Below, in pieces: positions 22,605-33,047 of a stretch of DNA of 33,047 nucleotides. Positions within the stretch are counted from its first letter, which is position 1; each line of letters begins with the position of its first letter. Below the pieces are notes generated by a model. It worked only from the letters and a program-made list of their open reading frames with translations, did not search any database and had not been told where the DNA came from. The position numbers and the translations under genes were made by a program. Source of the DNA: Octopus sinensis (lineage: Eukaryota); contig NW_021832740.1 of the NCBI RefSeq assembly GCF_006345805.1, positions 1-33,047 of the forward strand. The letters run 5' to 3'.

Positions 22605-23245
22605 TCTTTACTGAAATAAAAACTCAAAAAGCGTTCAATGTTTATTTTTCTTTAGATTTTTAAACTTTTAAAATTTAAATCCTGTATGCAATGTCAAGAG
22701 TATAATGTTTTAAGCCGAGAAAGTTTTTAAGACAAACGACCTCCAATTAAGTACAAAAGCCTCCCGTTAAGTACAAAAACCCTGTAGATTATAAAATACA
22801 GAAGATGCTTTTGGATCTTTGTCTACACAAAAAATGTTTTCTCTTGTTTGATAGATAGGAAAACCGAAGAGGATGTAAACAGGTATTAATAGCACTACGG
22901 ATTTCATTAGCGACGATAAAGCATGTACAACACAATAAATCAAATCCCTGGAAAGGTGTCTCAATTTCGTTATATTCAAAGCTGCTTTTTTTGTTTTCAA
23001 GGTGGCTCACAATGCTTTTAAAGTCATCGTCAAGGAAATCGGATTTCAAACAAACATCTCTACTCCAGGTACAATGCACACCCGTTGGACGAAGAAATAA
23101 GAAGCAATAGATGGGGCTTATTCGGTCACATCCTAAGAAATGATGAATAAGAAATCGATAATCAATTGATGATTACTTACTTAGCCTAATATTTGCTATT
23201 GTCTATAAATGTAACAATTAATATATAAATTTTATTTATTGTTAC

Positions 23246-23380
23246 GCGGGATGGAATAACATCCAGATTCTATAAACAATACCAGAACTCCTTACAAGTC
23301 CAGGAAACTACGCGAGCTATATCCAGTCAATCGTGATCAAGAGAACATTGGAAAGCATGCGCCCGGAGTATAAACTCCCT
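23246..23380 (+). mobile_element. C-terminal fragment of R4-like RLE element
   Basis: DGITSRFYKQYQNSLQV...YIQSIVIKRTLESM matches the QTVVLRKTLESM C-terminus of the 15815-16570 element. Confidence 0.6.
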
Positions 23381-23699
23381 CCTACAGCGGCGAAGCATGC
23401 AATTAAATCGGAATCGAGAACAACCACAAACGTGGCCTACCCTGTAAAATGGATAAGTGTACCCGTCGAAGATATTTTATCGGTCTCGAAGAGGAGGAGA
23501 ATCGACTGAAAGCAGACGCAATAATTTTTTTTCGTAATAAGATTATTTAAGAAATTCGAGGAGCTTCCGATTCACTCGCTTGATCATCCTGGCGTTCTGT
23601 CCGATGCCATTTTCGTATAAGTCAAACCTCCTCTGAGAGAAGGGAAGAGGGGAGGGTAGGACAAGATTGTCGCATTCCTCGCCGAAAGAAACTGCCAGA

Positions 23700-23878
23700 G
23701 ACTTAATTGCGGACGAGTGCGCCGCGATGCCATTTTGGAAACATCCTCTCGGAGAGCACCAGAAATAATCCATCTTGTCTCGCTTGCCTACGGTTCGGAG
23801 AGCAGTCTTGTATATGGGAATGAGATCATCCGTTCGGATACTGGCGTGCAACAGGGTGACCCGCTAGGGAATTTGGAG
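23700..23878 (+). mobile_element. CRE-clade RT fragment
   Basis: RVRRDAILETSSRRAPEIIHLVSLAYGSESSLVYGNEIIRSDTGVQQGDPLG. Confidence 0.8.
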
Positions 23879-24543
23879 GCATCGTCCAATTTGAAAATCA
23901 AAAAAAAATTTATTAACAAACTTGAAACAATTCTAGAACTAAATTAGCTCCTCACAAATGAAAGGAAATTTTAATTTAGTCATTCTGAGTTAATTAAACT
24001 AATCGATGAAAATTATTATAATTATGAACATGATTAACATCACATGGATATGCTGTTACAGTTTGAATCTTGGAAGTTAATTGAAGGGGCAAAAAAGTTC
24101 AAAATTAATCAGTGATCTTGTAGATGAGATCTTTTAATATCGAAATTCTCCTTTGTAGGTTATACTGTTTTAATATACACGCTTCGTTAATTTATATTAG
24201 TCGGTTACCACATAACCCACCTTTTTAAAAGAGTTCAGACCCATCATTCTAATTGGATGTACTTTAAAAAAGACTCCTGTCGTATCATAGTTAAGGAAAC
24301 AGACTTTTCAATCGTTGATTGTAATGTTAATTCCTCTAAATACAGTTTGAATCTTGCAGTTTTTTTTTAATTTTCATCTCAACAAAAAACAAATAGTCAA
24401 ATATTAAACTTAATTCCGATTTGTATGATTCACAAAAAAAGACTAATTTGCAAATAAAGAATATACAAGTTTAAGAATGCTAAATATTCCGACGATCATA
24501 GTTTCCCTGAATTTGACTTATAAAAATATACAAATAAAATATT

Positions 24544-27064
24544 TCATAACTGGATAGCCAATTCACAAAGACCTGTATCATCAGGCAAAACGTCAAGGGC
24601 TTCAAGAGTAAGCTCCATCGCTGTTAAGTAATCACCAGTACTCATTAGTTCTCTTCAACGTCACAAATGTCAAAACTACCTAATCCCCGAACAATAATAG
24701 TCCACGTCAGCTCCCTCGAAACTATCCTCGACATATATCAATAACCCACCAGAACTATCAGCAATTGAAAACAACAAGGACGATTCTGAGTCACCCACGT
24801 CTCTCACATCAGAAGAATTCGAAGAATCGGATGCTAAAACCATGCCACCTTTAAACTAAAATAAAACAGAATACCGACTTGCAAAGATTGGCCCTCAAAT
24901 ATCAAAGCATTAGAAAAACGTTCTTCAAAAGACGATTCTCTGGATGGACAAACATCTGAAATAGAAATGACTGAAAAATCAAATAAAACGGGATTACCTT
25001 CATGTTCGCACTCAGGATTAGGAATAGAAGGACAATCAACTGCCAATTGATCAAGTTGGTCTATCGTGAGTTTGGTGCCTCTTCATTCACAAAAGTCTCG
25101 CTGGATCCAGAAAATGTTAATTCATGATTTGAAACACCATAGCAATCTAAAACTGACTTTTTACGAATTTTACCAGGAAAACCAATTAAACTCTTCAGAC
25201 AATCCGCAAACTCTGATGGAATAGAGGATGTGAGCTCATTCAACTGTTCTTTGGTTCTCGAAACACGAGCATCCTCAATATTGAACTTGAAAAGCTCGTA
25301 GAGTTCAAGATACGAAAAGTGTCGGTTAAGTGATGTATTTTCTGTATCCCCCGGGACAGTTAGTCCTCGGTTTATAGTGTCTTTGAATATTTGCCGACGA
25401 TAAATAAACTCCTCGACGGTCCCACAACTAATTAACCTATAAACCACCACTGGGCGGGTTTGACCGACCCTATGAGCTCTTCCAATGGCTTGACTATCAC
25501 TAGCAGGATTCCAACTCGGATCGTCTTAAAATTAAACCCAAAAATTGTTATACATATCAAAACTCTGTCCGCAAAAGTCAAACTAGGTCCAACTCCTCCA
25601 ACCATCGTCGTCAAAAGCAAAAAATTTGGGGATTTTACTGGGTTTTGAAAGGCTTCCACAATTTCTCCTCTCCTTTTCATTTGGACATTTCCGTCCATTC
25701 GAAGTAATCGGTGACCCTGAAATGTTTTGAAAACTCCAACTTGGCTAATAAAATCTTATCAAGAATGTCAAGAACCTTCAGAGATCGAGAGAAAACGAGT
25801 GTCCGATGTCCATCTTTTGCTAAAGTGTTGAGCAATCGGACAGCAAATGCCAGTTTTCCAGATCCCTTGATGAGGGAAAGAGGATCAGGGGACTGCTGTT
25901 CCAACCGACGGTAACTTAAAATCAACCAAAAAATATACAGCAATTCCACATCAGGATCCCCATTTGACTCTTTAAGTAATGTTTCCACCACAGAAATATG
26001 AAGAAGGTCGGGATGGTCACAAAGTTTTTTAAAATTGACAATCTCAAGAAGTGGGGACCTCGTTGAAGTCATTGACTGGGATTACACCAAAAAATACCTC
26101 TCTGACTTGTTTGGAGGACAATAATTGTTGATAGATTGATATTTGATGATCATTCAAAAAAGTCCAACATACCAAATCCAGTTTTGGTGGGATTTCAGAC
26201 AGACCAGTCGATTTAAGTTCAATTTGGTCTTTAGTTCTCCGCAGAATGAGAGGATCAACCATTTCTTTAAGTTTTCTAAGTCGAGTCTCCCCCAATCCTT
26301 AAACTACTGTACTCGTTCCTCGCTCATTTGCCTAAAATGAAAGAAAATAACGCACTCTGCTGATTATTGTAGCGAAAGTTTCCTTAAAGTGCTTCATCGT
26401 CCCCAATTGATGGGTTCCACTCGTCACAAAATCCACAAGTGCCCACAATTCCTAAAATAGCCTAAAATAAAGACCATAAGATTGTTCTGCAAAGGTGTCC
26501 CAGTGAGGGCTAATCGTCAATGACTCTTCAAAGAATTGAGAATTTTAGCAGATTTTGTTTGATTTCGGAGAACATGTGCCTCATCCACTACGATCAAGTC
26601 CTATGATGAGAAAAAAACAGTACAAAAAATGTGTTTCTCAGATTGTCTGCAGAATTGAAGACTGTGGTGTAGGTCGTCAAAAGAACCCCCCGACGATTCA
26701 AAAAACGACGGAAATATTCTAGCTTTTCTCTTCCGTAGAATTTATAATATGGAAACGTAGTTTTCCTGGAAATAATGTTAAGAAATAACAGACCATTTAG
26801 AAATTTCATTTTCCCAATTCTTGAGGAGATTGGCAGGAACAATTATTAAAATGAGAAGAGAAGTGTCTTCTTCATATAGAGACTGGATGTATGCGATAGC
26901 TTGAAGAGTTTTTCCGAGTCTGGATTAGTGAATATGGAAAATACCCCATCTCATCACCCAGGATTGCCCCTTTTGATTTTTTAAGTCTTTTGGATCCATA
27001 AAACACCGTCTCGTTGGTAATCAAATAGTTTTTTGATTATAGAATCACAACAACGCATTTCCAT
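24544..27064 (-). CDS. ERCC6L: ERCC6L/PICH SNF2 helicase, copy B (full span, two apparent frameshifts)
   Basis: Same exon structure as copy A with intact TGTPLQNN, plus terminal exons (intron 24653-24679) encoding [42 protein letters not shown], resembling the PICH C-terminal TPR. Frameshifts at ~26985 (-2) and ~25075 (-1). Confidence 0.88.
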
Positions 27065-27719
27065 ATTATAATATGATCCGCGTAGTTTTATTATTATATA
27101 ATGTGATACAATAAAAAATATATTATTTAAATATTTTCATGAAAATTCAAAAAACTTCAATTTACACGTCTTCTTTTAGATTTAATTTCGAACCTATATG
27201 TAGCCTTTTGTCACTAGAAACAACTTTTATTTGGTGTTAAGAGTCTCACTTCTTAGCTCTACATTCTTTTTTTGTAATTCCATTTTAAAGTGTCCTTTTT
27301 AGATTATCAAATTGTTTATCTCAATCTCTTAACAGATGTCTTTGTCAATCGATCTAATTCTGTATTCAAATTGTATACTTAGCAGGGTTTTTCTTATCAA
27401 AGTAATCTTAATATTGCCTTTATTGAATTATCTACTTTGAGCGCATTTAAAAATTGCCTACAATACCTTTTTACGTTAGCACTAAAGCTATAATGTTCAA
27501 TTTAGCATTATGAAATCTAATTCACTCACAAGCAAGTCGTATTTATGCATTTTCCTGATTCAACTTGTTTCAATAGTTATCCAAGCTTTAAATAAGGTTT
27601 TCGTCTATTTATTTTATCTAACATAAAAATAATCCGTTTATTGTTCTGGCAATTGACATCCGTGAAAATATTGTAATGAAACTGTATTCAAAAAGTATTA
27701 TGAAGAATATACCATTTTT

Positions 27720-28215
27720 CATACTAAATGGGATTAACAAGAAACTATAGTAAAATCAATAGAAAATTAAATGGAATCAATGATAAACGACGTATGATTA
27801 CCAGGAAACTAAGTGGTCTCAATAGAAAACTAAGTGGGATTAATACCAAACTAAATGTGATTAACACCAAAAAATTATTTGTTTAAAATTTAATGTCAAC
27901 CATATTTAATGCTTCAGCAATATTTCTCTATATTCCAGGCATTAAGCTTACATAATCTTTAGATATAATTGATTTTATTCAATCTACAATTATTCTTACA
28001 ATTATCCGTATCGAATACTCTTTAATTGACAAAACTTCCCTTTTTGGAATAAAATTTGATTTTTAAAGAAGAGATCTCTTTTCACGTGAGCTTGATATTT
28101 CCTTTCTAATAATTTACGTGACATTTTTATTCTATAATATTTCTAACTAAAGTAATCATTAGTTTTATGCCCACTTTGTTATTGATTCCACGTAGTTTTC
28201 TATTGTGGGAATTGA
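27720..28215. mobile_element. Duplicated copy of the 21-bp-repeat MITE-like element, right TIR deleted
   Basis: Left CATACTAAATGGG and the 21-bp array are retained. At ~28205 TATTG joins TGGGAATTG, lacking ATTCCACCCATTTAGTA. Confidence 0.55.
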
Positions 28216-29499
28216 TATATTTTACTGGTCAAGTCAACTGGTTAATGAAATTAAAGAAAACAAGCATTCTATTCCGGAAAAACTTGCGAAAAAACGCAGA
28301 TTTAAATCACAGATCACAGTAATAAAACTATAAGAATCTGATTAACTTTTAGGAAAATCGTACTGATTTTTATTACGCTGTCATTTTTGGCACAGACGAG
28401 TTAAAAAATTAAAAGCGCGATATTTAAAAATTGATGAAGAGATCTTTCTTGAAATAGTGATATTTATAAAATTAAAATTTCAGATTAAAAGTGAACTCCA
28501 GGACAAGGAACAAAATTGAGGTTTGGAAGTAATGGAAATTCGAAAGACTGGTAAATCTGAAACAATAGTTTCATCAATTGTCATTGAAATTATAGAAATT
28601 ATATACTTATTAATTTAATAGATTGCGCTTTGTGTTTATATTTTGTTATGAATATTTAAAATTTAATCGTTAGGGAAAGTTTAACTGAAACTTGAAATTT
28701 TTTAATTTGATCAAAAAACTTTTTTTGAAATTATATTTTAAAAATCTACATTAATAAAACATTGGAAATATTTTAATGTCAATAAAAACATTATTACAAA
28801 TTATAAACTTATATTTGTTTCTTGTTTGATTTGTATTTTTTCTTTATCTTTATATTTTTGGTTTGTTTTTCAAGGATACAAAGTTGTGTAATTTTATCGA
28901 TAAAATCATCGGGAGGAGAACTGAATGAATCTTGAAAACAATATTTTAGTAAAATACAGTCTTTATATATTATTGAAATTATAACTTTAAGTCGTTTTTT
29001 TGATCGCAATTTTAATTTTTTGATTGAGTGGAGTACTTGAATCAAATATTTTTGAAAACTGATTCAGATTAGTTTTCATCGAATGCTTAGAATATGTGCT
29101 TATAAATGTAGGTAAAGGTAAAACTACTTTGAAGTTTTATTTAATTTTAATGTTTTAATATGATCACATTTTGAACAATTTAACGAGTTTTTAGATATTA
29201 ACAAATTTGGAAACATTGAAACCATTTTATTTTTTTCCGAATTTTTGTATAACTGACATAATAAAAATAAAACTTAGACACTGTGTGAGCCATAGTAAAA
29301 AATTAAAAATTTAAAATATTTCTAAATAAATATTAATTGAATCTCTTTGGGCATATCCCAAAATTGGACCCTACCACACAGCGAAATTTTTTTTATTTAT
29401 TGCCCAGAAAATCAAAACCAAAAAAACAAAGAAAAATCACTAACTGGGAGATAAAAAAGGCACCGAAGTTCCTCTTTTAGTGCTAGCCAAACTATGATG

Positions 29500-30090
29500 A
29501 TAAGACACAGGTTTTCTCCAAAATCATTTGGGCATGGAGGATTCTTGCAAGTCTTCAAGCCGTCCGTCAAATTGTAACCTGTAAGCTAATTTCAATGCAA
29601 ACGTCTTGTTTTTTCCAACTGTTCGATAAAGTAGTCACTCTTCTTCGTACCGAACTAACCTTCGTAGTCAGATATGAGAACTAGCTGTATCGCGCCTTGT
29701 TTCTTGTATGCATGGTATGTGGCAACTCCATTTTCTGGTTAATAAACGGAAAAGTGAAGCGAGCCTGAAAAGAACTCTAGCATTTACGGAGCGTTGAAAA
29801 AAATGCAAGCTTTCGACTCATACGAGCATGGAAAACCTTTTGATACTATATAGACGATCAGATGAAGATATGAAGAAATCACGACCACTACGTGCTTCCG
29901 CAGGTACTCAAAAAGAAAATCAGGCCGAAAAAAGGAGTCTTTTCGTGCGTGTCAGAATCACGAAATGTTATTTGTTCTGTCTTTCGTGTTCCTAATAGGA
30001 AATTGTTATGCTTAAACATCAAGGAGTTATTTTTTTTTATAAACAATGGAGCTATTTCGTTTCATTCTAATTAACACGACAGGACAATTA
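29500..30090 (-). mobile_element. Degraded LINE thumb-region remnant (inverted paralog of 16960-17325, extended)
   Basis: Minus strand reads TRKWSC...KA(T)IQLVLISDYEG*...IEQLEKTRR(F)ALKLAYRL, matching YKATVEPVLIYGHEGW...ITKLEKTRRFAIKLAYKL at ~32420-32560. Confidence 0.55.
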
Positions 30091-30439
30091 GCGATTTAAC
30101 AGTTAATATAGATTTCTAAAAACCATTATTCATAAAATACGACATTTTGCTAAGGAATTTCTCGCGCAAGCATTATGATTTAATTAAATGGTAGAATTCC
30201 GGTCATTCTAATTGCATTTATATTTTTTGAAATTATCTAAATTATTTAAAATCAATGAATCGTAGCGGCAATTAATTCGTATTGATATCTGGTTTTATTA
30301 TTTAAAAGAATATATTTTAAGCCACTTCATGTTAGTACTAAGTATTAATCATGATTTGATGCATTTTTATGCGAACTGTATGAGTTATGGTAAGATTAGT
30401 CGTTACCTACCTGGCCTATCATTATTTAATAAGTGGTTA

Positions 30440-31156
30440 TAAATCCAACTCAAAGTCGCAACAGTCCTTCGCGGGGTCCCTCAGGGTTCTGTGCTGAGTC
30501 CCACACTGTTTAATATCTTTATGGCCTCTGCACCTATGCCAGTCAATGCTCGTACTGGAATGGTGATCTATGCAGACGACATTATCCTCTGGGATCAGTC
30601 GATGAAACCAGAGTGTGCGTGTCGTAGGCTACAGGTTGCTGTGGATGAACTTGTAAACTGGTGTGGGAGTAGGGGTCTAAAGATGTGTGCGGACAAGTGC
30701 AGTGTCCTTAAAGTCTGTAAAAGGACGAGGGGTTACACTAATTTTATCCCTAGGTTATCGCTGGACGGGTCAGCGATCGCTGTAGTTGATCGGACAACTT
30801 ACTTGGGCGTGGTCTTCAAGCAGTCAGGTAAGTTCGATGATCACATTGCACGTACTAAAATGCGTGCAATGCAGCGATTAGGCGCGTTGCGTGCTTTCCA
30901 CTTGAGGAGAGGTGCCTGGTTCCGTGTGTTCAACGCCATGGTGTTACCCGTGTTAACCTATGGCGTGCACGCTTGGCACTTCTGCGAGGACAGGGAGAAG
31001 TACGTTGACGCGCTTAAGAAAGTAAGAAGACGAGCCATCCGGCTAGCCTATGGCTTAGGATGGCGTGATGAGCTCTCCAACGCCCAGGAATTGTCCCTCA
31101 AAGGCCTCCCTGAGGTCCTAGAGAAGATAATGACTGGGTGGCAGGTAAGACGGTAA
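30440..31156 (+). mobile_element. 5'-truncated LINE RT/thumb, uninterrupted 221-aa frame
   Basis: GVPQGSVLSPTLFNIF, IYADD, TTYLGVVF, VLPVLTYG, RRAIRLAYGL. Confidence 0.88.
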
Positions 31157-31313
31157 GTCCTAACCTGTGGTTGTGTAGAGAGGCGAGCGTGTGTGCTGGA
31201 CCGAAAAGGCAGGAATGCCGAAGGTCTCCTTATGTTACCTCACTAACAGCCTCTCTAACTAATTATTTAAAATAAAAATTTTCCTCCTGAGCTGTTTTGT
31301 CCCGACAGATATA

Positions 31314-32636
31314 ATGGACGATAAAAAGAGGGCAATAGCCTCTGCGAAAATGTCCCCTGGTCGACTTTGTCACACAATCACCCTGGATGAAACCCTATTA
31401 GCAATTAAAAGATGCAAGGACAACGCACCGGGTTTTGATTACATACCCATCCGAGTCTTCAAAGAGGCCCCGATAAGCCTAGTCAAGATAATAACGATAC
31501 TTTTCAATGCCAGTTGGGAGACTGGATACGTCCCGAATGCATGGGAAAACCGTGGTACGAATGATTCCAAAGGCAGGGAAACCTAAAGACCGTGCAGAAA
31601 ATTTCCGACCCATAAGTCTCATCTGCTCCATATCAAGAATCATGGAACGTAAATCTTTAACAGATTATCTATTCTCGTGGAGGAGTCAGGTTACCTGGCT
31701 AAAGAACAATGGGGTTTCCGACGTGGGAAGTCCTGTGGAAACTGCTTTGCCCAACTGGAAACGCAAATCTCGAGGGCCCTTACACACAAGATGGGGATGA
31801 CAGCTGTTGTCTGGACATTTCAAAGGCGTTCGACAGCGTTTTGCACCTAGGCCTCCTGGAAAGGATCATCAGTATCCATCCGGGGCAAAGGACTGTCAAT
31901 GGCTAGAGAATTTCTTACACATGCGAAAGTCTTTTATCAGATGTGGTAACCGGACCTCGGATACAATCAATCTAAGAAGGGGAGTGCCTCAAGGGTCGGT
32001 CCTGAGCCCTCTACTTTTCAACTTATACGTTGCCGACATCCCGAAACCAGTAAATCCGGAGAGTCTACTAATCATCTATGCGGACGACATATTGGTTACG
32101 GATCTGTCGCGATCCAAGGACCTCTCTTGGAAAAGGCTGAGGGAATATATAGCGAGGGTTGAGTCTTGGGCTACGGAGAAAGCCCCTCCTTAGCACGAGA
32201 CAAGTCCACCATCACGTGGGTTTCTAAAACTCGGAAAGGAAGAGAAAACCACTTCTGGAGACAATGGGACTAAGAATCTCTGACGACCTACGCTACCTTG
32301 GGGTAACGATCGGGGCTGACGGATCGTTCCTTAAGTTCGTGGAATCTAGAAGAAGGAAATGTTCCGGGATCCTGAGAAGCCTAATACGCTTCCATCTCTC
32401 CCCAGACACCTTTCTCTTTATCTATAAGGCGACTGTAGAACCAGTCCTTATCTATGGACATGAAGGTTGGTACCCTACAGACGAGAGAAAATCGCATAAT
32501 CACCAAACTGGAGAAAACAAGGCGCTTTGCGATTAAACTGGCGTATAAGCTACGGCTTGATCAGGATCTCCCCAGAGAGCTAGACGAACAAACTCAAAAC
32601 ATTCGGCAAGTCCTCTGCTCATTGCAAAGGGCATGA
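31314..32636 (+). mobile_element. LINE RT region (I/Jockey-group-like), frameshifted
   Basis: APGFDYIP, NFRPISLIC, LDISKAFDSV, GVPQGSVLSPLLFNLY, IYADD, RYLGVTI, YKATVEPVLIYG. Confidence 0.9.
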
Positions 32637-32765
32637 GAAGTGAAAAGGAAAGCAAGGAGGAGGCTTTCGGTGTCTCGATTTTAATAAAACCTTTTCATAT
32701 AACTCTTCTCTTTCGGTTGCTAAGTCAATAAAATCTGTTCGTTCGTTTTGGATCTTTGTCTACAC

Positions 32766-33047
32766 CAGTGATTCTCAAGCTTTTTTGCTCAGGGGCCGCA
32801 AATTAAAAAAAAAAATTTACAGGGGCCGCAAATAATTTTTAAGAATTATTTATTAACCAAATAATCAAAATTAGGTTTAATTCTACTTGTTGAAGTACGT
32901 AACAAATCACTCAGATGAGTATCAGTCAATCTGCTGCGAAACTTTGTTTTAATTCGAACGAGTTTACTAAATGTCGATTCGCAGACATATGTTGATCCAA
33001 ACATTGCTAAATTTTTCTTTGCATTATTGACTAAATTCGGAAATCGG
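32766..33047 (-). mobile_element. 3' end of Buster-type hAT element running off the window
   Basis: Terminus CAGTGATTCTCAAG at 32766, preceded by GTCTACAC (nnnTAnnn); subterminal CAGGGGCCGCAAAT twice. Minus strand 32846-33046 reads FPNLVNNAKKNLAMFGSTYVCESTFSKLVRIKTKFRSRLTD. Confidence 0.88.

Larger units (their letters stand above)
24735..30427 (+). repeat. Segmental duplication, copy B (three missing segments, one inversion)
   Basis: Direct match to copy A from ATATCAATAACCCACC (24735 = 7241) to 29274; inverted match at 29277-30427. Confidence 0.93.

Noticed and set aside
24228-24290. KEFRPIILIGCTLK as an RT fragment
   Set aside because: Resembles RPISL but is too short and isolated to support a call.

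Overview
AT-rich eukaryotic genomic DNA with no prokaryotic, CRISPR or RNA-gene signal. Three host genes can be rebuilt by splicing out very small introns (22-29 nt): the SNF2 helicase ERCC6L/PICH (two copies, minus strand), DPH7/WDR85 (plus) and a TMEM86/YhhN membrane protein (minus). A degraded tyrosine-kinase remnant is also present. These sit in a dense transposon graveyard: Buster-type hAT elements with 8-bp TSDs, CRE-clade and R4-like RLE retrotransposons, APE-type LINE fragments, and possible pogo- and Ginger-like ends. 7241-17637 is duplicated at 24735-30427; the second copy lacks three internal segments and carries a ~1-kb inversion. One hAT (11413-14638) contains a CRE insertion with its own TSD, and a ~505-bp element with TIRs and 21-bp subterminal repeats lies upstream of ERCC6L. 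Tiny introns, the standard genetic code and the kinase remnant suggest a reduced animal parasite such as a dicyemid or myxozoan (inference only). Most host-gene frameshifts fall in homopolymer runs, so some may be assembly errors. I found no convincing wholly new biological system. All protein assignments are by manual translation and motif recall; no database searches were run.
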